A stretch of DNA of 64,000 nucleotides from contig OZ231126.1 of assembly GCA_965153355.1 (NCBI GenBank), forward strand, positions 19,840,001 through 19,904,000, read 5' to 3'. The stretch's first letter is position 1. Each line of letters opens with the position of its first letter. The position numbers and the translations under genes were made by a program. This document shows positions 30,132 through 42,960 of this stretch, piece by piece. The notes beneath the pieces were generated by a model that was given only the letters and a program-made list of their open reading frames with translations, ran no database searches and was not told the origin of the DNA. The DNA comes from Flaccisagitta enflata (taxonomy: Eukaryota).

Positions 30132-30641
30132 CCGAAATAGTCTCTTTATTTCTTAGTATGTATATCGATCGACAGTATTTTTTGTTTGTTTTTTTTTTGT
30201 TCGAGATGAGAAGGAATTTTTTGGGGAGTTTAAAATCCAAATTCCTCAAGATCTGTGGAAGGGTGAAAGGGCCTCGTAACCTTCTGCATTTCTCATCTTC
30301 TACACCGTTCAGTCCCATCGAAAAACATTCACTATGTCTATACTCCAGTTCCCTTCTATATCACTCATTTCTTCATCCCCTTACTGGTTAATCCTTTCTT
30401 TCCTTCAACCACTTTAAGTTCAACATATTCCATTCTTCTATTGGTAAACCCTCCCTCCTTTTCCCCTCCTACCCTAACCTTTCTCTCTCTCTTTTTCTCT
30501 TGACTGTAAATGGCTAATCCATTTCCCCTCCCACCCTCATCATTTTACCTTCCCCTTCAGGTATTTTTTGGCCAAATTTTCCCCTTCTCTCTTCGTTGCA
30601 TCACCCTCCACCTCCTCCCGTCCTCACCGCCCATTTCTTTC

Positions 30642-31201
30642 TTTTTGGGCAGCGGCCCCGAAGGGGACGAAGTCCTGTAGAACACAGGGGGACTTTCGTT
30701 TGTCCGTCCTTCCATCCTTCCGTCCGTTCTTCCCCCCCAGGCCCTCACAGGCCTGAAATCTGCCCTCTTTGGCCTGAAATTTACTCTCTCAGGCCTGAAA
30801 TTTGCCCTCTCAGGCCTGAAATTTGCCCTCTCAGGCCTTGAATCTGCCCTCTCAGGCCTGAAATCTGCCCTCTCAGGCTTGAAATCTGTTCTCTCAGGCC
30901 TGAAATCTGCCCTCACAGATTCAAGGCTTGAGAGGGCAAATTTAAGGCCTGAGATGGTAGATTTCAGGCCTGAGAAGGTAGATTTCAGGCCTGAGAGGGC
31001 AGGTTTCAGGCCTGAGAGGGCCTGGGAGTAACGGACGGACGGATGGACGGACGGACGGATGAACGAAAGTCCTCCTGTGTTCTACAGGACTTTGTCCCTT
31101 TTGGGGCCGCTGCCTTGCTTCCTCTTACTCCAATTCATAATCATGCAGAGCAGGGCAACGGGTATCGCTGACCACATATTGCCCTTGGGCGACCTGTTTT
31201 T
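30642..31201 (+). mobile_element. Fold-back HINE-like element with long subterminal inverted repeats and inverted 21-bp arrays
   Basis: ttttt-GGGCAGCGGCCCCGAAGGGGACGAAGTCCTGTAGAACACAGG... is inverted at about 31050-31114. (GTCC)n/(GGAC)n tracts. (aggcctgaaatctgccctctc)n followed by its reverse complement. Unpaired 3' tail with hairpin tgcccttgggcg and ctgtttt end. Confidence 0.85.
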
Positions 31202-32127
31202 CTTCTCTTTCTCTCCTTATTTTTCTGATCCCTTATTTCTTTCTTTTTTTTTTTTGCCTTTGCGCCTGCCTTTCAGTTCCTAACGCAGCGGTCGATCGCG
31301 ACTACCCGTCGTTTCTTGATCTCCTACGGGTAGCTCACATGCTAACATTACAATCTGTATATACGAGCATCAGAGAGAGAGAAAAAACGAGAGAGAAGGA
31401 AAGTGAATAATCCATCTCCCCATCTTTTCATCCTTTTGCCCTCTCACTAATACTATCTTATATCATCATCTGTCTGTCTACTGTCTGTCTACCTGTCTGT
31501 CTTTCTGTTGAAAAAAGACAGAAACCATTTTGTGAGGACTTGTACACACATAATTCGTAATCGTTTTTGCCCGCTGTGATATCGTTGACAAGATACCAGA
31601 TCTCGATGTCTCCCATCTAAAAAAGTTTACAACCGGAAGATACGCGAAGAAGAAAAAGTGGAAAGCACGCAAACAGATGTTGCATTTTGGACGATCAACG
31701 GAAGGGTGATGAATGGAGTGATGAAGAATACGGAAGACAAAGGGACTTTGAGATCAGAAAAAAAATACTTGTTTTTTTGACTGATGATTTAAATTCAAAA
31801 TTCACTTAAGAAAATATAGACCAAAAAAAAAAAAAAAAAAAAAAAAACGCAGGAAAATGGTCACAAAAGTTTTCCAGCAATACAATGTTAAGATGAAGTT
31901 TGTGACAACTCAAATCGCGTCTCTTTAAATTAGAGAAATAAGACTGACACTCTTAATCTCTCTCGTTTGAGCGAATTTCCCCTCTATTCCATTCTTTGGC
32001 GGTCCTCTCACAAATGAATGCAAATAAGCTCGTCGTTTTTCCAGCATCAGAACTTAATTCAAAATATCAAAAACTATCTTTCGTTTGACAGTAGGACTAC
32101 TCTTTTTTCTTATACATACACATAGAC

Positions 32128-32393
<266 letters not shown>

Positions 32394-32737
32394 TCCGAGC
32401 GGCGTCAAATTCTCGATGGCTTCGGATGTTGGCGTTCCTTTTTTTGTCCCTTGTGACCGGATTTACCCATCCAATGGAAACAGGAGGAGGAGGGAGAGAA
32501 AGAAGAGGAGTATGAAGAGATGGAGGAGCAGAAAATGTGGAAGTACTTCTAAAAGAGATATGAAGGTAAAGGATATGGGAATTGAATTGTAGCTTAGTGG
32601 AGTAGTTAGCAGTGCAAAGTGGCGAAGGTGGGAAGAACAGAAACAGAAAATCAAGAGAGGAAACGTGGAGAGAAAGGAAAGGAAAAAAGAAGAAAGGGAA
32701 AAAAGATAGATTGACACAAGAGCAGCAAAGCAGGGTG

Positions 32738-33313
32738 AAACAAGGCCGGATACACGGCCAATACTATATGAATTTAAAAAAAAGACGCACTTTTGAATGA
32801 TTGATTGCGCCATTGAAAATCACAAAAACTAACTAAAATCTTAGACCATTTTGAAGCTCTTGAAAAACTCTTTCATTTGGCGCCAATCTGGTATCTCTAT
32901 CTTTTTTCGTTTGGAAATGGCATTAGTTTGAGTAAAAACGTTGCCAAATTTGTTTTTGCAGTCCCTTTGAAAAAGATGCAATTCAGCAAAATGGTGTCTC
33001 ACTTTAAAGAGCTCTAGCTCCTAAACCGTTAAAGATACAGATCTGGGATTGGTCTAGAATGAAAGATAATTTGAAAATCTTCAAAATCACTCTTTCTGTA
33101 AAATTTTTTTTGTACTTTTTAAGTCAGTTTTATCAGCAAATACAAAGGTGCGTCTTTTTTTTTAATTCGCATAGTACCAGTTACGGACAGGTGGGCAGGG
33201 GCGGAAATGCGTTCTTTCACACTTTTCGACTCGTGTTCACGGACCAACGGACCAATGGACCAACGGACGGACGGACAAAGGCTCTTATAGAGTTGCCTGT
33301 CCGCAACTAAAAA
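32738..33313 (-). mobile_element. HINE subfamily A copy interrupted by a MITE
   Basis: aaacaaggccggatacacggccaaTA ... TAccagttacggacaggtgggcaggggcggaaatgcg ... gtccgcaactaaaaa. Colinear with the 646-804 copy once 32764-33176 is removed. Confidence 0.85.
32764..33174. mobile_element. Tc1/mariner-type MITE (411 bp) with TA target duplication, nested in a HINE
   Basis: About 27-bp TIRs: ctatatgaatttaaaaaaaagacgcac / gtgcgtctttttttttaattcgcatag. TA at 32762-32763 and 33175-33176. The empty site gccaaTAccag is seen in the 646-804 copy. Confidence 0.9.
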
Positions 33314-33317
33314 GGTC

Positions 33318-33513
33318 TGGCTGCCCAGGTCGCGTGCTGGTGGGCAGGTGAACTGATTAAAATGGCAACCCAAGCATTTTGGCAGGAGCAGCATTGCTGA
33401 AAATGCCCATAAAATGATGTATACAATATATCAATGCTTCATCATTTGACTGACGGACTGTCTCACCACCGGACAGTCAGGCAGACTTAGCGGGGTATAG
33501 ACAGAAACCAAAA
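33318..33513 (-). mobile_element. Degenerate HINE (subfamily C-like)
   Basis: ggtcgcgtgctggtgggcagg core, gacggac-type repeats, and agcggggtatag end matching the reverse complement of the 59164 copy. Confidence 0.5.
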
Positions 33514-33710
33514 GTGAGGCAGTGTTTAAGAATTGGTGGAGAGTGTCATACAGGATAGAAAAAAGAGAGCACACAATATCAAAAACTATCGGATTTTTCT
33601 CTCTTCCTCTCTTTTTTACGAAGGAGTTGCTCCATTCCAAAGTCCTCTTGGGACTTCCTCAACGGGACTTCCTCGTTGGGACCCGAGAGACTTCGCGTTG
33701 GTATCAAACA

Positions 33711-33970
33711 CAGTTGGGATGCTTTGGGTGTGAGTGCCAATTGCACTGTGCGCCAGTTGGGATGCTTTGAGTGCGAGTGCCAATTCCACTGTGCGCCAGT
33801 TGGGATGCTTTTGATGTGAGTGTCAATAACACAATGCGTCAGTTGGGATGCTTTGAGTGTGAGTGCCAATTGCACAGTGCGCCAGTTGGGATGCTTTGGG
33901 TGTGAGTGCCAATTAATGGGACGCCACTTTGGATGCTTTGGGTGATGAGGCTGAGTGTGTGCCAATTGCT
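33711..33970. repeat. 43-bp minisatellite, about 5.5 copies
   Basis: cagttgggatgctttgrgtgtgagtgccaattgcactgtgcgc starting at 33711, 33754, 33797, 33840 and 33883. Confidence 0.9.
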
Positions 33971-34374
33971 TTACACCACTCACCAGCTAAGATTGAGTGT
34001 ATGCGCCAATTAGGAGTAATTCCGCGTGAAAAAAATCAGTTGTCTCAAAATGACAGATTAAAGTTAATTGAATGAAATTTTTGGTGATGCAGACCTGGTT
34101 TCCCGAGATACTAGCGATACATTTGGAAAACTGTGATTGATTCTGTCGAAAAGAGAGAAATCCAACATATAAAAGCACGTCAACCATAAAAAGAGAATAA
34201 AACTCTCTCCGACACTTAGCGTCTCTCTTTCTGTTGGTTTTTGCCAATGTATGTATGCACATCGATCCGTTCAACTTCTATCTGTCTGTATTTGTCCGTC
34301 TGTCTGTCTATCGGCTCAGTGTCGCTGTCGGAGTATCTGTATGCATTTCTCTCTGCGTGTCTATCTGCGTGTCA

Positions 34375-34493
<119 letters not shown>

Positions 34494-34618
34494 GCAAAAG
34501 TCCGCGTCTCTAACCCTGATTCTAACTCCCTTTGCGTCTCGTAAAAAGTTGGTGCCATGAAGATGTCACGTGATCAGGGCGCGCGCGTCCCATACTTCCG
34601 GTTCTGGGAGAATGAGAA

Positions 34619-34680
<62 letters not shown>

Positions 34681-34708
34681 GAGAGAGATAATTCTCACTC
34701 TTATATCC

Positions 34709-34784
<76 letters not shown>

Positions 34785-36072
34785 GAGAAAAAGGCGACGA
34801 CGCAACGGGAGTCCTCGCCTGGAGAGCGAAAGAGAGAGAAAAAGACCGCCCTTAGAGAGAGAGAACGACGACGATGACGACGGTGACGACGACGACGATG
34901 ACGAAAACGACGACCACGTCGATTCCCTGGGAGATGGAACGACGTCTCTCTAAGGAAGGAAAAAGACGGAAGTTACGGCACCAAAGACTCCTCCTCCTCC
35001 TCCTCCTCCTCCTCTTTCTCTTCTTCCCCTGTTTCTTTCGTTTTATTCCTCCTTTCGCTTCCAACTCGCACTATTACCATTTCTCTCTCTCGCTTGTTGA
35101 TTTGATCTAAAAATCACCCTTCTTTTTGACGACGTGAAATAGTTTGAATTGAGACTGTTTAAATTGGAGGGGTTGGTTCATCTGAGATCTCATAACAGGT
35201 CGTTCGCGTAAAGAGAGGATGACGCCTCTAGCCTCAGCCACCGGCATATATCTGGCGTTGGATTGACCCACCAGTAGGTGGAGGTTACTCAACCACCGGA
35301 CTCGGAGTTGCATTCTCTATTCCATGTGTACAACAACCATTGTCGATTTCAACTAATTTTGATTTCCAAGGGATTTCTTCGCATGACACTTATCTGATAC
35401 TTTGAATAATTTGCTGTGATTAAAGTGTCATAAAATACGTTTGTACGTGTAAAATAAAATTTCATATCATAATATCTTTAACAACATCAAGAATTGTCAA
35501 GTTTTTTATTCAGATTTTTTTTCTTCAGTTTTTGTTTTAACATGTATGAAAAAAAAAACACGTTTTGTACTGCGTTATGCAAATGAAGAAGACCAGGCCA
35601 AATATACAATTTTTTGTTGTCTTTGGTCGGGAAAGGATTTTAGGGACACAACGAAAAGGTCATGGGAAAAATTTAGATGTGACCAACTGACCGACGAACA
35701 TTAAACTGTGTAATTTGGGATAGGAGAGTTGTTATTCATATGAATGGAATCTGACAATATGATTCCTTTTAAGTTAATTCTTAGCAATCGCGTAATTTTT
35801 CCGCGTATGAATAATGCATTCTTTCCTAACGGCCAACACCTTAGAAGTATTTTTGAGAACGTGTGCCAATTGCCAAAGCAGGACTTCGAAAAACGCCCAG
35901 AGATGATTTTAGACACGTCTTTCTCCCTCCGAAGACTCAAGTACTAACAACCTCGTTATATTCCCATTGGGCATCAACAGTTTTTCCTTGGCATTCTCTC
36001 CCTCATTTTTGTAACTACGAATCGTGAAACTTTCTTTCTTTTTCTCTGTCTTTCTCTTCCTCTTTCTCTGTT

Positions 36073-36160
<88 letters not shown>

Positions 36161-36161
36161 G

Positions 36162-36208
<47 letters not shown>

Positions 36209-36292
36209 TCGTTCTTTCTTGCTTTCTTTCTTTCTTGCTTTCTTTCTTTCTTTCTTTCTTTCTTTTTTTCTTTTTGCCTGTCAGTCTGTCTA

Positions 36293-36339
<47 letters not shown>

Positions 36340-36495
36340 GTCTTACTCGCTCTCTTTTCCCTTCTTTTTCCTCCTATAATCTTTTCCCCCCTCTGCTTTC
36401 TCTTCCAAGCCTCCCATTTGTTTTTCCTCATCAAAGGTCGGAGGTGCATCCTATCATCAAGACCCATAAGAGACTCTATGGGTCTTCCACCCCTC

Positions 36496-36594
<99 letters not shown>

Positions 36595-37196
36595 ATACTA
36601 TCATCATGTTTTTTTTTTCAACACCATAACACAGTCCATGGGTCTCATCTTTAACCAAGGTTTTCCCTTTCAGCCAAAGGCTTTTTTTTTATTAGCCTTT
36701 CTAACCTCGTTGGTTTCCAGGGAGAGAGGGTCGCGTTTTTTTAGGTGTTTCGTTGCTCTTTTGGGCTGCTCTCTCTTTGAGGCTGGATGCTCTTACTTTT
36801 CTTTTTTTTGTTATAACAAGGTGTGCAGAAATACTCACACTAGCTTGTTTGTTATGAAGCAAACGATTTGAGGAGGCATCTTAATCATAAGTACAAGTGA
36901 CAAAATGGCAAGATGTGTGTATTAAGAAATTAACGGTCTGATGAAGAACTAGTAGGTAGATCTTATATATAATCAGCTATATTTTGAATTAAACTTTTTA
37001 AATATAAAAACAGTTTTTTTTTTTTGTGTTCATAACAAAAAATCGGTGCAAAATTTTTTGCACCCCCTGTTTGATGTTTTTTTCTTCTTTTTTTTTCGCT
37101 CGCGTTTGTTTCTTGGTTTATGATGTCAAAAGCGCAACTCCATCAACCTGTTTATCTTCGCTTCATTTGTCAAACCCAAAGAGGAAGTGAGGCTCA

Positions 37197-37385
37197 GCGC
37201 AGTGGTGCCCACACTCACGGCCGCAGATGCAAGGCCATGACTGGGTCGTGAGGGGGGGGGGGACTGATGGTGGGGGAGGTGGGAAGAGGCGAGGGAAGCT
37301 TGGCGTAGTGGTGCCTACATTCCCTGCCGCAGATGCGAGACCATTGACTAATTTCAGCTTGCGGGGAAGGGGCGGGAAGAGGTTG
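37197..37385. repeat. Diverged two-copy duplication of about 105 bp, G-rich
   Basis: gcgYagtggtgccYaca...gccgcagatgcRagRcca at 37197 and 37303, each followed by ggg...gggaagagg. Confidence 0.7.
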
Positions 37386-38442
37386 GAGCAGGAAATATAG
37401 AGGTGGTTTGATAGCTAGAAGAGGCTGGGTGGCTTAGAAACTAGAAAGGGTAGTCATCAGGTCTCTGCAATTGGGCCGTTTATGATTGACGTGATCCAAA
37501 CAAAGATATATTTCAAGATAACAAAAGTTAAAAAAAGTCCCAAACATCAAACAGACTGTAACAGACTGAAAAACATTTTAGCCACAACCACAAGAAGAAA
37601 ACAAAGATTTAGTGCATTGGCCACATTCCTTTTGGTCGTACACATTTCAGGATCAATCCTCTAAATTGTGTTTTTGTCACAGAGGTGACCAACGGAGGGA
37701 GGAAATAGATAGAGAGAGAAAGAGAGAAAACATCATTAAGTTGCCATTTTACTTCTTTTTATTTCTGGTTATGAATATCCTTCGAAAGGCGTTGGCGTTG
37801 GCTGAACCACGGAAAAGGGCCAAGCCCAAGGGTCATGGCCAATAAATACGTGGAACCATGAGATGGATGTTGAGGGGAAAAGGTGAGTATGAATAGTTGG
37901 ATACAGGGGAGTGGATAGGGTTCAACTTGAATGGATCTAAGGAATAGGCAATTTTGATGATATTCCATGTGGGTTGATAAAGATAAACGAAGAACTAACA
38001 AATAGAGGGTTAGAGCTTGATGGAAAATGAGCAAGCACTTCTACCTATGTGCACTTGTGCAGTGAGAAAAGATGTAAAAGAAAGATGATAAGAATAAAGA
38101 GGAGGAGAAAAAAAAGAAAGAAAGAAACGTAAAAAAAGAAATGACAAGAATCTGACCCCATCAAATATAATCAGACGTTTTTAACATCATGAGAATTGGC
38201 CTTTGGGTCTTAGAGGGTGCCGACTACAACCGACGGCCGCCGTTCACCGCCCCAACGCCCCACCGCCCCACCGCCCCACCGCCCCACTAAATGCGGATGT
38301 CTTTTCTCTTTGGCGCGTAAACAAAAGAAGCTGCTCTCAATAACGCATTATGCGGCAGTGGCGATGGTGGCGGTGGCGGTGGCGGCAGTGGCGGCAGCGG
38401 TGACGATGACGGCAGCGCCCCCCATCCTGGGCGGATTATGTC

Positions 38443-39036
38443 TACTATCTTAGAAATAAAAAGGTTTCCACCTGTAACATTACTTCATTTATTGACATAA
38501 AAATGAACACAAATCAATTGCGAATCCATGAATATCTTATAATAGCCTCCTTTGACTGAATAACTGCCACTTTTTATCAGAGAAGCCGTTTGCAGGGCTT
38601 TCCGTAGTACTCTGGAGTGATGGCGTTCCAGAACTTTCTAGGGATTTTCTTGATTTTTTATTTTGCTACGTTTAAACTAATGGGTCCAAAGAGATTCAAC
38701 AAATCATAACAAAATTGGTGACATAAATGTAGCCATTCAAATTTGCTGGCAGTCTACACAAACCGCATCTGTCTAGCTCAATGTGTTTATAAGTTATTTG
38801 AAAAAAACGATGTGTTATCATTTAAAGATTGTGTAGAAATGGCAAAAACATAATTGAAACATTTCATTCAAAGTTGATTAACTTTTTAATGTATTTAGTT
38901 AGAGAGATGTAGTTTGCAAAGATTGCTTGCAAATTTGAAGGGCTTTAATAATCTCACCAATTTTTTGATAGTTTGTTGATTTAAGTCTGAGATATAGATG
39001 CGATCGTGCGGAAACCTTTTTATTTCTAAGATAGTA
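38443..39036. mobile_element. Non-autonomous TIR element, superfamily unassigned
   Basis: Perfect 27-bp inverted repeat tactatcttagaaataaaaaggtttcc (38443-38469) / ggaaacctttttatttctaagatagta (39010-39036) around an AT-rich interior. True ends and TSD not resolved. Confidence 0.7.
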
Positions 39037-39601
39037 AATAGCCCGGCTCTGAGCGGCATATACTACTCTGGCTTAGCACCATCCTAACCTTTATAAGTTT
39101 CAAGGAAGCAAACATCTGTACCCGCTAGTGCAGTGACTAGTTGCCACCTTTCCCATCTCAGTCGCTTTAAAAATCATTAGTTTCTTTCTATTCCCCCTTA
39201 AATACTCATCTAAGATCCTTCAAAATACGTCCTCCTAATTGCCTTATGCACCCGTCTCCACCAAGTCCTGCTCTGGCATTCCCGCCCAGTCTTCATCCTC
39301 TTCCTGGCGCCTCCGTCATAGCCCCACCCTTCACCCCCTCCCCCCGATTTCGGTCCCGGTCCCGGTCCCCGGTCTCAACGGAGGTCCCTCATCAAATAGC
39401 TATAAAAATGACAAATGACAAAGAGATTGGTCTCGTGCCTCCCCCCCCCCTGCCGCCCCCGCCCCGGTCTTGTGCCTTCAAATCCTTTGAATTTCTTTCA
39501 TGTCATTTTCATGAGGGGACTTCCTCATTTTATGTCTTCTTCTTACCGAGGACAAAATTCGCCGATGCCACCCCAAGAATTTTTTAATACGATATGAAGC
39601 A

Positions 39602-39988
<387 letters not shown>

Positions 39989-40409
39989 ACGAGTCTTTTT
40001 TTGTGAAGGAAAGCAAAGGGGAGAGAAGATACAGTCAAGAAAACTGGGAAGGGACATCAAGTGCTAGGGGTGGTTGTTTTAGGGGACAGGAGGAGAGAGT
40101 AGGTGGAATTGTTCAAGATCCGCGCTGTGCTCAACCGAGGTTATCTATATCATCTTTATTACAAGCCCTTATATTGAATTTTTCCCCATTTTGGAGGCTA
40201 ATCCGTTTTTGAGTAAAGATTGGCGTATTATCGACATTTTGTACATTTAGTACATTTTTTTTTGCTCCAAATAGATTTCCATCGACATACCGACAATGAA
40301 GAAAATGGCAATTCTTATTCTTCACTGCTTTGCCTTTTATGTGTAATTCAATCATTATTATGAATTCCTTATGTCATAATCGATATCATCTTATCTTTAT
40401 TCTTCTCAG

Positions 40410-40580
40410 ATAAACAATGTTGGGGTTCATCGGCTTCATCAGTTGGCGTTCCTCCTCCTCCTCCTCCTTACTCTCCGGCGCCTCCGACTCCCGTGACGCC
40501 TTTGACGCCGGTTTCCCCAGTAACGCCCTTTGTCAATGACTGCGATTCGCCAGATTCGTTAGAGAGAGCAGGATCTACAG
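40410..40580 (+). CDS. ZNF423: Internal coding exon (171 nt, phase 1/1) of a ZNF423/ZNF521/Oaz-like zinc-finger gene; (D)KQCWGSSASSVGVPPPPPPYSPAPPTPVTPLTPVSPVTPFVNDCDSPDSLERAGST(G)
   Basis: Acceptor tctttattcttctcAG|A at 40408-40409 and donor CAG|GTcagt at 40581. Open frame joins in phase to the next exon. CWGSSASS resembles the SWVASSPSS segment I recall upstream of the matching finger in vertebrate ZNF423 (from memory, not a search). Confidence 0.75.
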
Positions 40581-40907
40581 GTCAGTTAAAATTGCACTTT
40601 TGTGGTCGTTGGATTTGAAAAAAAAACAAAACAAAACACAACAACCCCCCCTCCAACCCCCCAACCCCCCCCCCCCAAAAAAAAATACAGTTGGTTGAAC
40701 TCATTCGAGGAAAAAATAACCTGTTTTCTATGCTGATGTACTTTAATTTCATTTTTACAGGCTGATTTTTCCTCCAACAGCACTGACGCAGTTTACAATC
40801 TTAACAATTTCTTTGAAAAAAATCTTACCCACATGACGTTCCTTGTCTCCTCCCCCTCATCCTTCTCCTCCTCCACCTACTTCTCTCCCTCCCTTCCCCA
40901 TCAACAG

Positions 40908-41092
40908 GAAGCGCCTCTACTTCCCGTGATTTGTCCACGATGGGTGCCAACAGCGGTCGTTTTTCTCCAAACACTTTGGTCCCCGTCGACCAAATTCCTT
41001 TCTCCATCGGCGCCAACGAGAACAATCCTTACGCGTGCCAGTTTTGCGACAAAGCCTTCTCAAGGCTCTCTTATCTCAAACGTCACGAGCAG
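40908..41092 (+). CDS. ZNF423: Internal coding exon (185 nt, phase 1/0) of the ZNF423/ZNF521/Oaz-like gene; (G)SASTSRDLSTMGANSGRFSPNTLVPVDQIPFSIGANENNPYACQFCDKAFSRLSYLKRHEQ
   Basis: Long pyrimidine tract then caacAG|G at 40906-40907; donor CAG|GTaggt at 41093. PYACQFCDKAFSRLSYLKRHEQ is nearly identical to the ZNF423/ZNF521 finger PYPCQFCDKSFxRLSYLKxHEQ. The finger is cut by the intron before its second His. Confidence 0.9.
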
Positions 41093-41819
41093 GTAGGTCT
41101 TGATTCAAAATTCAATTCCGACGTTATGCATCGTCATTTGGTGTTCAAGTAAACGATAGTTTATTCAAGTGGTTTGCCCAGGAAAATCCGACCATCAATC
41201 TGTCTTTTCATCCGCCTGTCATTCATTCTGACCATACAACAAAAACCAGATTGGCCATGTTTAGAAAGAAATCAATTCAGAATTTATATCATCTTTATTT
41301 GAACACTTACTAATGACAATTGGTTTCTTTCATATTTATTATGATGACGTCGAATCTTGGCTCCATTTTGTGTTACCACAAAAACATAAAACAGAAAATC
41401 AGCCTATGATGAAATTGCTGATCACCCACAATAATGCCAGACAAAATCCATTTGTCACACGCGTTTGTCCCTCATTGTTGTTTATGAGCTCGTATTGTTT
41501 ATGCTTAGGTCGTTAAAGGCTGTCATCGTCCACAGAAACACTTTTGTGTTGATGTGTCATTTATCACAATTGTGGACATTATCGGGCAGTTTTCAGCGGT
41601 CAGTCCAAGGGTTAAGCTTGCACTGTACGTTTCTTGGTGTGCAGCGTACACTCTTGTTCATACTCTCACAACCTTTTTCTCACTCGACCATCGGTTTTTG
41701 CCGTCTCCTCCATTGTCTATTCTAATTCACTCATTTCCTTCTCTTAAATCTGCACTTCCACCTTTATTCATATCCACTCTGTCATTTCAAGTGGATCTCC
41801 CTCCACCCTCTCTTTCTTC

Positions 41820-42250
41820 CTTGGTATTTTGGTTCGCCGTTCTCTCCCGTCCCCCCCTCTCTCTCTCCCTCTCTCTCGCCCTCTTTCCCTTTGTTTCTCC
41901 CCTTCACCCTATCTTCATTCCTGGGTATTTTGGTTTTGGTTTTCCATCCTTTCCCGTCCTCCCACTGCACTCTCTCTCCCTCTTTTCTTTTGGTTCTCCC
42001 CTCCACCCCTCTCTCTCTCTTTCCCCTTTGGTTCTCCCCTCCACCCCTCTCTCTCCTTTCTTTTGGTTCCCCGTGAGCGACTCTCTCTCCCTCTTTCCCT
42101 TTGGTTCTCCCCTCCACCCCTCTCTCCCTCTTTCCCTTTGGTTCTCCCCTCCACCCCTCTCTCCCTCTTTCCCTTTGGTTCTCCCCTCCACCCCTCTCTC
42201 TCTCTGTCTCTCCTCCTTTGGTTCCCCCGTGAGCGACTCTCTCAATTTCC
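41820..42250. repeat. Pyrimidine-rich minisatellite (about 36-bp unit ttggttctcccctccacccctctctc...)
   Basis: Tandem units plus two variant units ttggttccccgtgagcgactctctc. Confidence 0.85.
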
Positions 42251-42314
42251 CGTCAAAAGGTAAATGAGAAAAGATGAGCCCAAAGGAATGGCAAAAGCTT
42301 ATTTGGCGAAAGGG

Positions 42315-42423
<109 letters not shown>

Positions 42424-42824
42424 ACTTGACCACGAGGCTGGGCGACAATTTCCCCAAATCACGTGATCCTCTTTTCCGGGGAGTCAGTTAGTTGTTTCCA
42501 TTTCATTTGGTCGGCGCAGTTGGAAGGTGACATTGTCGGGAACTGCCATGGAAATGGGGGTTAGTGGGGTGAGGATGATTTTGGGTATAAATGAGTTCTA
42601 ATCGATGTCACTGATTCCTACATGAATGACAACGAATAAAAGGCAAAAGCAACTTGACGAAAACATGATCATTGATGACAACAAAGAATAGAGTTGACAA
42701 CAACAAGGGCACCAAAAAATGCCACAAACGACTCCAGTGATAACAACAAAGACATCAGCAACAGTGACTCCGATACCGAAATCAACTTCAAAGACAATCG
42801 CGAGTAAAACTAGAAGAATAGCAA

Positions 42825-42960
42825 CAAGGACAACGTAGACAACAACGAGGACACAAACCGCAACAACAAGGACATCGGTGACAACAACGAGGACACAAAC
42901 GAAAACAACAAGGACATCGGCGACAACAACGAGGACACCGGGGATAACGACAACATCAAG
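42825..42960. repeat. Degenerate 21/42-bp (acaacaacgaggacac...) tandem repeat
   Basis: gacaacaacgaggacac recurs at 42-bp spacing. Confidence 0.7.

Noticed and set aside
30557..30916. ORF with RADFRPE heptad repeats
   Set aside because: It is a translation of the 21-bp array in the fold-back element.
35205..35320. Possible tRNA-derived SINE or tRNA on the minus strand
   Set aside because: A and B boxes are weak, there is no cloverleaf, and no clear second copy.
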